From positions 1 through 50,949 of the forward strand of contig JBHGNT010000217.1 in assembly GCA_043228905.1 (NCBI GenBank): a stretch of 50,949 nucleotides of DNA. Direction: 5' to 3'. Below are positions 23,431 to 37,505 of the stretch, in pieces. The stretch is from Azolla caroliniana. Lineage: Eukaryota; Plantae; Polypodiophyta. Numbering within the stretch: position 1 is the first letter of the stretch; every line of letters begins with the position of its first letter. The translations under genes and the position numbers were made by a program. The notes beneath the pieces are model-generated. The model ran no database searches. It had not been told where the DNA came from and worked only from the letters and a program-made list of their open reading frames with translations.

Positions 23431-26046
23431 TTTGTGTGTTTATGTTTGTCCTTTTCTTGTGTTTCTTTCTTTTCCGTTTAATTCACCAACACCTTCTTTC
23501 CATAACATAGGAAGACACTTTTTGGACGGCGACCGCTTGGGCTTCGTGGTTTTTTTTTTTCTCCTTTCTCGCAACGTTGGCCTTGTTATTAGATTCGGGG
23601 GCTGTTGTCAATTCCAGGGGCAAACTATTCGTGTGATGTTTAGTAATCCTATCAAGAACCCCCCCCCTATTCCCCTGTGGCTATAGTTGTTTTTTTGCTC
23701 ATGACGACACCTGCATCGTTGGGTTTATGACTCGAGGATGCCACACTTCATTGCTATGTTTAAGTACCACAACTTTTTATTGCATTGGTTAGCCAAAAAC
23801 ATCATGCACCTTCCTTTAGCTACCATATATACATACATATCTACAAAGTCGTGTCATTAAATGTACATTACATAAAGTTTCGGATCGAAGATCTAATTTC
23901 ACATTTATTATATAGAAAAGGCTCTAAAAAAACATTCATGCTTGGTTTGACCATTGTGCATGAAAATGTGTGATAATCTATCCTATGTCGTGTTAACTTC
24001 ACGCCCGAGAACACAAACAGGTTGAGAAGATAAAAGCAAGATTCAACTATCTTATCAAGGTAGACACAAAAAGGTATTTGGATGTTTGTAAATTGTTTAT
24101 TTGTGTTGATCCATTGTACCTACCACCACAAGCAATCGTGCACTTTATGACACATTAATTGTCAATTTCCCGTTGGTCACTTCATCCTAATGTGGTTCTT
24201 GTATCCAACCCCATGCTACGTATGAGTAATATGGCACGTTTCCACAACTTGCCCATCCAATATGTGTGTGCATTCGTGTGCATGTGAACACTCACGTGTG
24301 GTGACATACCCCATGCATGGTCACATCCTACACACATGTAGGGCTTTGCGACCATATTTCTTGTGCTCAAATGCTTCCCTATGCACCATTTGCAAACAAG
24401 TGGGATATCTTTCTCCTAACACTTACAAATGTATATGTTGTTTCTGTGGTGAGAGAGATTGAATTGCAATAGTTCTCTAGAATTAGATGACCTAATACGA
24501 AGTGAATGAATGGTTATTTACAAAAATGGAATGTAGTGACTTATGATTCATATGAGCTCTTTCTTTCCATGTTAATAATGATCTTTACATGGTGAATCAA
24601 TGTGTATCTAACAACTTGGTAACCTTACAATATTGTTGAACAAGTTGGGGAGAAATTCTACCATATAAAAATCACATTGTCTTATCATCATATTATTAGG
24701 GATGTTATTATGATTTCAACAAATCATAGTTATTTTTTTATACTCAAAGCCTATATTGTTTTCGGTGTTTGATCCATGATTTTTTTGTACGACTTTGTCT
24801 TAATATAGTGTAACTTATTGGCATTTTATGGGTGAACATATAGTGAAAGATGCAATCACCAAAGTTTAAAAACATTTGCTCAAAAGAGGGCATCCAAGTA
24901 AGGAATCATATGCATTAAGAACCACATCGACACGACTTTAAACCATACCACCAAAAGTTGTTCATAATGCATCCAAGTTCAAGAGAAATTTATTCATCAA
25001 TGAGCACATGAGCAAGCTCAATTCACTCTTGTACAGTGAGGAAGTAGCAATTTAGGTACAAAACATTGAGATGTAGATCCATTATCATGAATCATTAATG
25101 GGAAACATAGATTCATTCAACATGGAGCCATTATATCTAGTTATTTTAATGTGACCAAATTTTCTCCTATTGCTCTATTTCTCTCTACATACATGTGTCA
25201 AATCACTCTAAGTGCCAATTATGTCATATGCCTAATTGATGTACAAACACCTAATAAGAGAAATGGACATTAAAAACCCATGGATGAAGGAAGGATGTGG
25301 CCATGGAGATGGGTAATGATGGAGTCAAGGTGAAAAGCAAGTGCAGATGAAGAATCATGGATCAAGCTTCTACATGTACACATACTAAGTAGAATGTGGA
25401 TGTGACCACAAGTCTTCATTAAGGTGAAGGTTCATGTTACCACAACCTCTAGAAGTTTCAGATTCAAACTACATTAGATTTGTATGAGCCATTACATATT
25501 ATTTTTCTGCATGATTGAGAACTAGCCAACAAAACTCCTTGAGGATTGTTCCCTCTCCGAGAGAAAACCTTAACGTTTGGAGGTAGTAGAATATTGACAA
25601 TGTGTCCCTTACTTACGATTGCAATGAATTCATTTATAGACATTGATTCAACATACCCACAAAGCACTAGAATCCTATACAATATGACGTGATCCATTCA
25701 AGACACAATAGCATGCCAAGCTCCATCAACTCTAGATTTAGTTAATTATAGCACTCAAGGCACAAGACTGTCAGTCACTACATGAGTTTAAGGAAATCAT
25801 TATTGTTGAAAGAATCAACCTAGATGGTAGAAGACACACAAAAGCTATGGATGGTTTAAATTAACAAATTCTATGTTGGCATCAAATGTGCCACTTCAAT
25901 CAATGTACGAGGAAGGCTCAATGGACCAAATTAAAAATATTTATTTTCTCTAACATGTAATGTACCTTGTAATACTTTCTTTTATACTTAGGATTACTAA
26001 GGGGCTTTATTTTAAGTTATATATGTCGCACGTAGGAAATTTATGA

Positions 26047-27432
26047 TTGTAAGAGAGCTTTGAAGTTTCTTGGGCCAACATTGTTTTTATTGCTTACATT
26101 TCATTTTATGGGTTTCCTTCTTTCCATAGGTTAAATTAAAGCCCAAGAGACCCCTTTGGAAAAGCGTGTTCAGGCGATCACGTTCTCTTTATTACAACTT
26201 ATTAGATATAAGATGTAGGAACATGCTTGACAAACAATCTATTTCGAACCATTTACTTGTTTCAAGACCCTTGCTTATCATTAAGCTCACATCAGCAATT
26301 GCATTATTGGTTTTAACTCACAATTAATTGCCATGTTGTGATATGTATCCTATTAGTCACAAATTTCCATTGGCATGTGACTAATTACTTACGCACTTGC
26401 AAGTATGGGTTGTAAGAGAGAGCTTTGAAGTTTCTTGGGCCAACATTGTTTTGATTGCCTACGTTTTATTTAATGGTTTCCTTCTTTCTATAGGTTAAAT
26501 TAAAGCCCAAGAGACCCCTTTGGAAAAGTGTGTTCAGGTGCTCACGTTCTCTTTATTACAACTTATTAGATATAAGATGTAGGAACATGCTTGACAAACA
26601 ATCTATTTCGAACAATTTACTTGTTTCAAGACCCTTGCTTATCATTTGGCTCACATCAGCAATTGCAGTATTGGTTTTAACTCACAATTAATTGCCATGT
26701 TCGTGATATGTAAACTATTAGTCACAAATTTCCATTGGCATGTGACTAATTACTTACGCACTTGCAAGTATGGGTTGTAAGAGAGAGCTTTGAAGTTTCT
26801 TGGGCCAACATTGTTTTGATTGCCTACATTTCATTTTATGGTTTCCTTCTTTCCATAGGTTAAAGCTCAAAAGACCCCTTTGGGAAAAGTGTGTTCAGGC
26901 CCTCTGATTCGCTTTATTACAACTCATTAGATAAGATGTAGGAACATGATTGACAAACAATCTATTTCAAACTATTTACTTGTTTCAAGACCCTTGCCTA
27001 TCATTTAGCTCACATCAATTGCATTATTGGTTTTAACTCACAATTAATTGCCATGTTGTGATATGTAACCTATAGTCACAAATTTCCATTGGCATGTGAC
27101 TAATTACTTGCGCACTTGCAAGTATGGGTTGTAAGGGAGCTTTGAAGTTTCATGGGCCAACATTGTTTTGATTGCTTACATTTCATTTAATGGGGTTTTC
27201 TTCTTTCCATAGGTTAAAGCTCAGAAGACCCTTTTGGAAGAGTATGTTCATGCCCTCACATTTGCTTTATTAAAACTTGTTAGATAAAATATAGCAACAT
27301 GATTGACAAACAATCTATTTCAAACAATTTACTTGTTTCAAGACCCTTGCCTATCATTTAGCTCACATCGGCAATTGCATTATTGGTTACAATTCACAAT
27401 TAATTGCCATGTTGTGATATGTAACCTATTAG
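26047..27432. repeat. Tandem array of ~365-bp units (~3.8 copies)
   Basis: GCTTTGAAGTTTC recurs at 26057, 26422, 26787, 27139 (periods 365, 365, 352). Units align over their full length. Confidence 0.95.
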
Positions 27433-30400
27433 TTGCCTAGAAACATGGTGCATGCTTAACTCATTTATATCTACAAGTTGAACTATTAAATGTATATTTC
27501 ATAAAGTTTTTGATATTTAATTTCATATTTATTATACGCGTTCTAAACTGCTTTTTATTCTTAGTTTGACAATTGTGCACTAAAAGATGTGATCACCATC
27601 CTCCTATGTTTTCAAGGAGGATACAAAAGGGCGTATAAATGTATATGTATGTACATAATTCTAAATCACATAGAAGATAGTGAAATTCTATTAAAAAGCA
27701 ACCATATACATATGCAGAGGACCTCTTAGTGAGCAATATTTACAAAAATAAATTATAACACAATCATGTTTAAGCATTCTCTTTTTCTATGAGATGGTGA
27801 ATGCTTATAACAAATTATACATGGACCTTGACCTTAACATGGTTTGCTTATATCAAGCTTTATTCTTCTTATGATGATGTTATCATGACGTGACCCTCTA
27901 CCTCACATTGGACCTTGTGTGCCATGTTCTCAAGTGTTAGGGTTGTTAGGAAATGAGATTCCAACCCTCAATCATGCTTTGTAGCTTCACCTCGTAACTG
28001 CATGCACATTTATCTTTCTTTTCCCATCATCTACATTCCTTGTTAGATAAAACCTTTGTGATTCCTAAGACTTATTCCTCTGATTTTTTATATTCCCATG
28101 CGTGACATATTGTTTTTAAAAACTAATGTGATTAGACGTTATGGTGAAATTGTAGCATTCGCCAAAAGGGAGTAGGAAACACTTCTCAAGAACAAAGGAA
28201 CCATGAAACTCCTAACTTAAAAGAGTCTTCTAAAATCAGACACAAAGAACATTGCTTTGTAAATGTGTTTGAAAAAATGTAAAATAAGAATGTCATGACT
28301 ACTTAGAATGATATATCTGCCTAGAAACTCTACTTGGATATTTATTAATCAAAATCAAGCACCAAGCTTTACACACTCAAAAGTCTACTTCTACTGATCA
28401 ACAACTACCCTTGATTGGTTACCTCTTCTTGTCGATTCTAATCCGAAGGGCGGAACATTATGATACACATTCTTGCAATACACAATAAACATAAAGACAT
28501 CAACACATCCACTCAACAATGAAATGTGAAATGAATTGCTACTTATGACAAGCCTTACACATCTGCCTCCATGGAGTTATGGAACTTGTGATCTCATTGT
28601 GTTGAAGACCTTAACCAACAATGTCTCTCTTCTCTTCCTCTCTTATTAATTTTTAGGGAATTTCTCCCTTCTATTAAATTGTTTAATTCATCGATTAATT
28701 CAATCTTGGTTCTCATCCCTATCCTCCTGCTTTAACTAAACTTCCTTGGTTGTTGAAATGAAATTGATGATTTGGGACATCTAGGCACAAAAATGTTTGG
28801 TTTCCGGTGTGAGTCATTTACCTTGTCTTACTTTCATTTATTGTCTTCGAGAAAGTATCTGATGGAGGGGTCAAGATATCAACATTCATAATGAGTTTTC
28901 AAATGTTTGAGTATGGAAGATTGTCTTGTCCAAAATGAGGCAGCCTTGTGCGCAAGGCGACAATTGAAAACATCTACTAATGTGTAGGTGGCTCAACTCT
29001 CACATGGATTTGGGATTGTAAGGTTTCTTGAACATTACTTGTGTAGTGGTAATACTTGGTTGTAATGTCTTATTGTATAGTCTAACTAAGAAATATGCAA
29101 ATTGTACGAATAAAAATGAGGACCAACGTAATTAAATTAAGTGGTGTAAATAATACATAGAGAATAACTCCCCATTGTTGCCAACTACTCAAACTTCCTA
29201 AACATGGCTAGCAACCAATCAGAAAACAAAGAACTAATAATGATAGAAGTTGTTTGAGACTCGAGGGAAGAAGCAAGTCATTGTATGGAAGAGCAAGAAC
29301 AAAGCATTAAATGATAGAAAATGATTACATGCTACTTAAAGATAGATTCACGTCAAAAGAAAACAAACTGAATTGTTTAGCAAGCCCAAAAACATCATTG
29401 GCTAAACGTACAATTGACATGCTTATTGAACATAACATGTATTGAGTGAAGTATTTGCATGGTATCATTATGAACTCTAGGTTTTTGTATTTCCAATTGA
29501 CTTTATGTTTAGTCTACCAAAAAGTGACCACCATAGCTTATAGAACACATAAGCATAATAACTCTAAAAGTCGGGACATAAATTGCTTTTCACTTAATTG
29601 TCTATCTTATATAGTTTAACCAAGAGTTATATCTTTCATTTGAATACAATGTACCCTATTCTTAGGTTTTATCTACCAACTAAAAATTGGTGGAAGTGCT
29701 TACAATCTTTATAAGTTTATACTATATGTTTGCTTGTTATTTCGATTGATGTCTAGTGCTCCACTTGACATTTTACAGTTGTGTTGTTAGGTGTGTGTGT
29801 AGTTCATATTGCTTTTTACTCATTTCTAGACATTTAGAAACTATACTAAAACCCTTGGTTCATATCATCCATGTAATTAACCATTGGCTTTTAAGTTGTT
29901 GGGTCCTATTTGGATTCCCACAATCTCAATCTGTCGTGGATGATGGCTATATGTGATTGTGACCAAATTAAGAATGCATACATGCTAAGTTACATTTGAA
30001 CCCTACTTTGTCGAATGATACATATATGGTAGGATCCACCTATGAATCTCATTGAAATCCTTGAATTTGAACCGGTTTGTAAAGCCTTGCTCAAATTAAA
30101 TGGGGAAAAATGATATTGATAGATGTGGAAAAAGTTGAGGTTAGTTTCTTTACATTTATGTAGATTTTTGTATTTTATTTTAATTTCTTACAAAGTGTGC
30201 AAAATGGAAGATAGTCCCCATCAATGAGAAGGGGGGAGGGGTACATGTATGATATCTTCATCTACCGTAAAGTGAACACTCAATTAATAACTTCTTGGTG
30301 CCTAATCATTGACAACCTCGCTGAAATTGATGTATTTGTGGTGGTGGGCTTCCAATTGCATGCATTGATAGCAATTAAACATCACTGATGCATACTTTAT

Positions 30401-32639
30401 GCTGGAAGTAGATCAAATACTTCAATTCTATGCATTTTGACTTTTAGCTTTGAATATTTATACTAACCTTAAGGATCAAAGTTTTTGAAGAAGTTTAGAC
30501 TGCAATATTTCAAATTTCAATAATCACATTTAACATTTGGTATGAATTTATTTTGAGATCATTAACCATGTATAATCTAACTATAGATTAGCACAAAAAG
30601 TACATAACACCATTATACATCATTAATGTCTAAATATAATTATAGACATGAAGTGATCATTTACTTCTTGAAGTTATTTAAAAACAATAACCTATTAGGA
30701 GATATGTGTGCATCTAGGAATTTTAAAGCTAAAAAATTTAAATTATAGCAAAACAAAAAAATTAGAAGGTTTATAATGTGAGGCAAATTTATTTATTTTA
30801 CTTGGCACACAAGTGACAACGTTACAAAGATGTAGTGTGTTTATATGTGTTCGTTGACATAAAAAACATAGTGATAAGAGCAATAGTAGGCCTAATGCCT
30901 AATGCATGTTGGCAAGTTTGGTGGGTAAAATCTCAAAGATCCGGAGTTGCGTAAACTCATGCATGCTTGTGAAATGTAGAGTGGAACTATTGAAGATCTA
31001 AACCAGGTAAGGTAGCTCTAATGGCATTGGTGCATAAGGTTTCCAAGAGTTCACAAACGAGTTAGCACTCCTTTGTGTGTTTTTAGATCAAGCTTCTTTT
31101 CTTGATTAACACAGGCATACTTGTAAACACACACCCCTGTGCGTGGAATAATGTATTTGTACTCAGTGACTATATGTGTTGGAATTTGTGATGGTTGTGT
31201 ATGTGGATATGCATTTATGTGAAAATGAATTGGTGCAATGTGTGGGTATGTGTGTTTGTTATAAATGTGATGGTGAATTTGTATGCGTCCCACAAGGACA
31301 CAAGTGTGTTCTTCTCTAAGATAGCCTTATTGAGCACTTTTTTTGTGTCAAACTTTTGTAGATGATGAATAACCCGTTCGGCCTTTGCAAAAGTACATCT
31401 CCATAGGTTCCATAGGAAAAGAAACATTTTCACTTGTGAGGCCCCAAGCAAAGATGTCCTTCATGTCAAGCCTACATGATCAACTTGCTTGCGGCCAAGG
31501 AAGTTCTCCTTCCCCCTATTCACTTGTCGTTTCTTGCATGATGCAATATCACTTATGAATTTAAGCAAGAATATGGCTAAAAGGAGAATCATTGTCATAA
31601 ATCATATACAATTATAAGTTTAGCAACATAAATTAAATTAACTAGAATGTACATAATTTGAAAGCCCTTTAGGCTTTGAAGATTAAGGATACAAGAACAT
31701 TGGGAGGATATCTTTGAGTTTGGGCATGGTGAGCCTCTGATCAACGACTACATGCCTTGGTCATCACCAACCTCCTACACACCCTTGTGATTTACTGCCC
31801 TATCATCAATTAGTTGATAAAGCATGGGCATTCAAATTTCGAAACTTACAAAACTGACAATGAGCTCCCTTACTGTTTATCTTTCAGAAGCTCTGTTTCC
31901 AGATATGCATCATCCCTTTTTCTTTTGAGCATAGGCTTGTCCTTAATCTTTTATTTGTGTGTCTCTGTTTTAGCAAATGTATGTCTATGTATCTACATTT
32001 ACACTTGAACTTGAAATGAGATCCTTGATTATTGTATAGCTTTCAAGAGGTCTTTTATCAAATAAGAATAACATTCTCTCTTTTAACATGCACAATTACT
32101 TTTGTTTTTGATCTTGCACGTGTCCTTACCTTGCATGGGTAATCCCCTTCGGCAAAATATATGCCCATGTATATGCATTTATGCTGGAATCCCAAAACCC
32201 ACAAACTTGACGGTGAGTTCCCTTGTTTATGGTGATCGCATTTGCCCAAAATGTCAATCTATTGTCTATTGTAAAACGTCACTTTTAAGCACCTTTCTCC
32301 CTTTACACGGACATCCCCCCCCTCCAAAAAAACAAAAAAAAAAACAAAAACTAATAGATGCTATAGTACGTGCCAAAAGATGGCATGAGTGAAGTGGTTA
32401 TTATAACTTATGATGAGGGCCTTCTTAATCAGGATTTCCCACTTCCCTTTTATTCATATACTATCTCATTATACAACAAATCCATAAGGTTTGCACAAAG
32501 CAAAGGGTCATTCATCTTTTGCCTACCAAATTGACCGCACACATTCCTTCCATCACACCCATGTGAACCATCGAATCCACCCGATTTGTTTTAAAATTGA
32601 TTCAAAACAATGGCGCTTCGTACATTATACCATACTCAA

Positions 32640-33404
32640 TGAGCACTTTTTATACAAGCCCCTCACAGTGGGATGACACAAGTACTAACAAGTACCTAAA
32701 TGCTCATAAGTGAGCATCTAACACTAATTGCCTATTATATTCCTATTACTAAAATAGGAATGTAGGCCCCTAACGGCCTATCGACTTCTTCAACCGATCC
32801 TCCTCAACCAATACGACTATCGACTTCTTCATTTGACTTGGCCTTTCAGCCTTTAGCTGATTCAACCCATGTTGAGCTTGTCACACAACACTCCCCCTCA
32901 AGCTCAACTTCAAGTTGTCGTTCGCTCCAGTTGGTCCCTCGCTCCGGCACCTCCTGGCTTGTGCTCCTCGACCTGTTCGGTCCTGCACACCTTGACTTGT
33001 TCAATTGGCTTGTCTGCTCCTTAGGCCTTCGTCGACCTTCTTTCCACCTCTACGGCTTCGGTGCCCTTCGACCCGTCCGATGCTTACATGATTCGGCTCG
33101 ATCAAATCATTTCCCTTATCCGAATTGGTTGTCTCCAATTCTACTTCACCATCGGCTCTCCCCTTGCCTTTGGTTGGCTCCGACTCTAGCTCATATTCTC
33201 CGTTGCTCCCCCAATTTGCTGGTCTCCCCTTCGCCGATTTGCTCCCTTATGTTCTCTCAGCTCTTTCAATTGTCCCCTCGACTCTCCCCCTCTAGTTTGA
33301 CACATCGAGGTGCTACAACCCAAGCATGCTCGAGAATTGCCACAACTTGTTGAGTCCAAGAAGTTTGGTGAAGATGTCGACCACCTGCCGATCGGTCGGA
33401 ACGT
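32640..33404 (-). mobile_element. 3' end of a decayed Copia (A/H-related): RNase H tail, 3' UTR, PPT, partial 3' LTR
   Basis: Minus strand reads DIFTKLLGLNKLWQF (cf. DIFTKALGADKLWQF in A). PPT TTGAGGGGGAG then TGTTG at 32890. 32644-32730 resembles the H LTR at 47257-47340. Left boundary approximate. Confidence 0.75.
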
Positions 33405-34794
33405 TGTCATGACGTTTTTGTGCCACGATGAGAAAATAACCTCTACCAAATTATACGAACTAATTCAAATATTTGTTAATGGTTGTTTAGCTAAGCAAAA
33501 TCTAATAACTTGATAAGAACCGGTCGCCACATGATTATAATATTATGTGTAAATAACTAGTTGAATCTATGAAAAACATAATACTGAGTAAAATACTTTA
33601 AAGCTAAATACCTATTATCAACGCATTTTGCTATTATCATTATAAGGTATTTTAGATATTAAAGCTATTACCCACTTTTAAAGCTAAATACCTATTATCA
33701 ACACATTTTTGCTATTATCACTATTAGGAATTTTAGCTATAAAAGCTATTACCCACTACAAATTAATGTAGATGCCTCTTAGGCATGGGTGACACTTGAA
33801 GTCATTCACCCACCTTCCTCATGTATAGAAGGGGGGGTGAGTAATCTTATCAAAGGGGGAATATAGACGTGAAATACGATTGTAATAAGATAGCCAAGAA
33901 ATACTATTGTAATTAGATATGCAAGAAATACTATAATAATCATCTTGGAATTATCAATACAAGCTATTTGGTTTCTCCTCTTTCTTTGACAAGAAGCCCG
34001 GTGCTTACTTCCAGGATTCACAATTTTGTTTTCTGTTGCACGTGTATGCTGTGATCAACATCACTGTGGCGAATTCGATGTGAACTAGGGAAGTTAAGAG
34101 AGATGGAGAACCAACAAGTAGTCTCGGAGCCACGAATAAACCAAGAAGTCGTTGTGGAGCCACAAATCAACGTGGTGCTGCAAATGATTGAAAGAATGAT
34201 GCAAACCCAAGAACATGCAACTGACGAATCAATCGAGAAAATAGGTCTCTTTGAAGGTAAAAAATTCTTACAAGTATATATTACTAAGATGGGAAGTAAA
34301 GGGTTAAACCAACATTGCTCAAATGAATTTTGTGAGGATGGTTGAACTCCCTATGAGAAATAGTGTCTTTGAACTTGCAACAAGTTTTAATGATTGGATT
34401 GCATTCGAACAAGCTTTATTAATGAATACATGCTTGGTGATACAATCCGAGCATCAAGGAGGAGTTTCGTAGATTGGGTGAACAAAGAGGACAAGAAGAT
34501 TTCGGTGATGGAGTTGTTGAATTAATTTGAAGCTCGTTATAACAAATTAACAACGACATAAATAACTCTTTTGGAACTGGAGAAGGTCATATTATTCTTG
34601 AAGGCATCAGACCGATCCTATCGAGAAAAATTAGTCGCATTCCTTGAAGACTGGACTACACCCATTGGTCTAGTATCCGATTGGAATCAAGCACACGACG
34701 CATGCAACAAAATCAGCAAAAGAGCCCAATGGTGTGAATATCTTTCGATTGCCGGGGGTACGAAAGACATCAGTTCTCGAGATGAAGTGAAGAC
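33405..34794 (+). mobile_element. Decayed Gypsy-like 5' fragment (element E): probable LTR plus gag remnants
   Basis: Begins TGTCATGAC where the Copia RNase H breaks. Probable LTR to ~34060, then gag-like GLFEGK-KFLQVY and LFLKASDRSYREKL...LED...GLVSDW (34103-34790). LTR end and PBS uncertain. Confidence 0.55.
33597..33757. repeat. ~80-bp tandem duplication within the putative E LTR
   Basis: TTTAAAGCTAAATACCTATTATCAAC...AAAGCTATTACCCACT twice, plus ~27-bp units at 33872-33935. Confidence 0.8.
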
Positions 34795-35331
34795 TGATGA
34801 GGATCAACCGGCCACAACCGGTTATCTTATGTGCAAATGAGGGTGCAAAGATCGTAACGATAGAAAAATAAAAGAAGATGGAAAACTAAAGTACAAAGAC
34901 CCAATGTTTTTAACATGGAAAATCCTAAGAGGGAAAAACCACGGGAGTCCACAAAATCCAAAATATATCACTAATTGTAAGAGGAATGTACAAATAAGAA
35001 TATCAAGGTAACGACCTTGAGTCCTTTGCCTACAAACGGTTACAACATATTTTCACTCTAACTCTCTCTCTCTCTCTCTCTCTCACGCTAGTTTCAGAGG
35101 TTACAACAACATTCTCACATATAAACGATCTGCCCTAGTTGTATGTATATTAGTACAACTTTTATGGATACTTACAAATATAACCTAACTTAGGTGTGCA
35201 GAAACATATTTACTAATATGCCCCTTTCTGAATGCCGATTCGGATCTGGATCCGATCTCTTTTCTTCATTGGATCCAACTGATCCAACTCCTATTTTCTT
35301 CTTCCCATCCGGAGGGACATATTTCCTAACA
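34795..35331 (-). repeat. 3' LTR of Copia F
   Basis: Starts TGTTAGGAAA at 35331 after the PPT and is homologous to the C LTR. Left end approximate (34788-34798). Confidence 0.75.
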
Positions 35332-35504
35332 AACTCACCCTTCACTCTGAGATGGGGAGCTTCGTCAATCCAGCCCATCTCCGGCATGCATCTAGTTCTT
35401 TGCCGACAACACCTTTGTCAACATGTCTGATCCATTCTCCGTTGTGTGGATTTTCATCAGAACAAAGTCCTTCTCCTCTACCCTCTCCCAACGCCAATGG
35501 TATC

Positions 35505-36484
35505 TCCTCTAGATGTGCTTGGTCCTCGAGTGGTAGGAAACATTCTTTGCAAGGTAGATGGCACTTTGGTTGTCGTAGTAGAGTTGAAATTCTTCTTGTC
35601 GAATTCCCAGCTCTCCAATTAACTCCTTCATCCAAATTATTTCCTTGTTGGCTTTCGTTGTAGTCATATACTCTGCTTTTGTGGTTGACAACGCCACGAC
35701 CTTTTGTAGCCTCGACTGCCATGAGAGGGCTCCCCTTGCATAAGTCAAATTACATATCTGGATGTGAACTTGTTGGTATGCACATCAGTTGACATGTACG
35801 AATTAGTAAAACCTTCTAATATGGGGTTACCTGAGCATAATCGGAAGCACAAGTTTGAGGTGCCTCTCAGGTATCGGAGTATCCACTTGACCGGAACCCA
35901 ATGCTCTTTGCCCGGATTGCTCATGAACCGACTAACGACTTCGACTACATATTTGATGTCCGGCCTAGTACATACCATCGCATACATCATGCTTTCCTCT
36001 AGATGTGCTTGGTCCTTGAGTGGTAGGCAACATTCTTCGCAAGGTAGATGGCACTTTGGTTGTCGTAATAGAGTTGAAATTCTTCTTGTCGAATTCCCAA
36101 CTCTCCAATGAACACCTTCATCCAAATTATTTCCTTGCTGGCTTCCGTTGCAGTCATATACTCTGCTTTTGTGGTTGACAACGTCACGACCTTTTGTAGC
36201 CTCGACTGCCATGAGAGGGCTCCCCTTGCATAAGTCAGTACATATCCGGACATGAACCCGTTGGTATGCACATCAGCTGACATGTACGAATAAGTAAAAC
36301 CTTTTAATATGGGGTTACCTGAGCATAATCAGAACCACAAGTTCGAGGTGCCTCTCATGTACTAGAGTATCTACTTGACCGCAACCCAATGCTCTTTGCC
36401 CGGATTGCTCATGAACTGATTGATGACTTCGACTGCATATCTGATGTCCGGCCTGGTACATACCATCGGGTACACCAGGCTTCC
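35505..36484 (-). repeat. ~490-bp tandem duplication of the RT-end/RNase H region in Copia F
   Basis: TCCTCTAGATGTGCTTGGTCCT at 35505 and 35995. ORFs 35509-35748 and 35999-36283 are near-identical. Confidence 0.92.
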
Positions 36485-37505
36485 GACTGTTGAGGCGTAT
36501 GAAACCTTACTCATCTCAACCTTCCCCGTCTTCGTCTTCAGACATTTTCTAACGAATAGATTGCTATTGGTCGGTAGTGTTGAGGTGACTGGCTTTGCAC
36601 TTTCCATGCTAAAATTCTGGAGCACTTTCCTCATGTACTTCTCTTGTGACAACCACAATAACCTCTTTGTCTGGTGCCGGACAATGTGCATCCCCAGGAT
36701 CTGTCTTGCCGGACCCATATCCTTCTATGAGAAAAACCTACTCAAGGCCTTCTTTAGCATTCTGATAATATGGTCTCGTCCGACAATCAACATGTCATCC
36801 ACGTACAGGAGGAGGACGAGGAAGTCTCCTCCGTTGAACTTCTTCACAAATACACAGTGATCGGCTTGTGCCTTGTAGTACCCTTGATCGTCCATGAAGG
36901 ATTCAAACTTCCAGTACAATTGTTGGGGAGCCTACTTGAGTCCGTAAAGGCTCTTTCTCAACTGGCATACTAGGTTCTCCTTTCCTTTTTCGACGAATCC
37001 TTCTGGTTGCTGCATATATATCACCTCTTCCAAATCACCATGCAGAAAGGCCATCTTGACATCCAATTGTTCGACTTCAAGATTCATGTTGGACGCTATA
37101 CTCAAGATAGTTCGGATGGATGTCATCTTCACCACCGGAGCAAAAATCTTGTCGAAATCCACTCCTTTCTTCTGCTAGAAGCCCTTCACCACAATGCGGC
37201 TTTTATACCTTGGTGGATTTCCGCCATCTCCCAGTTTCAACTTATACACCCACTTATTTCATAGTGCCCTCTTTCCTTTCGGTAGCTCCGTCAGCTCATA
37301 TGTGGGGTTCTCATGCAAGGAATCCATTTCGTCTTGCATTGCACTTACGCACTCTCTGTTGTGGGTGTCCCTCTTTGCTTCCTAGAAGCTCTATGGCTCC
37401 CCCTCATTGGTTAGTAGCACGCACTCTTTGTTTGGATATCTTTGGGGGCCCAGCCTTCTGTTTCTCAGAGGGTATCTCCTTCCTCTATTTTCCTCAGTCG
37501 GCTCG

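Noticed and set aside
23041-23510. Three overlapping Cys/Met/Tyr/Val-rich ORFs
   Set aside because: They are translations of a stop-free (ATGT)n microsatellite, not genes.
29200-31600. Stop-riddled coding-like patches with possible splice sites
   Set aside because: Possibly an ancient transposon or pseudogene, but no assignable domain or consistent frame.
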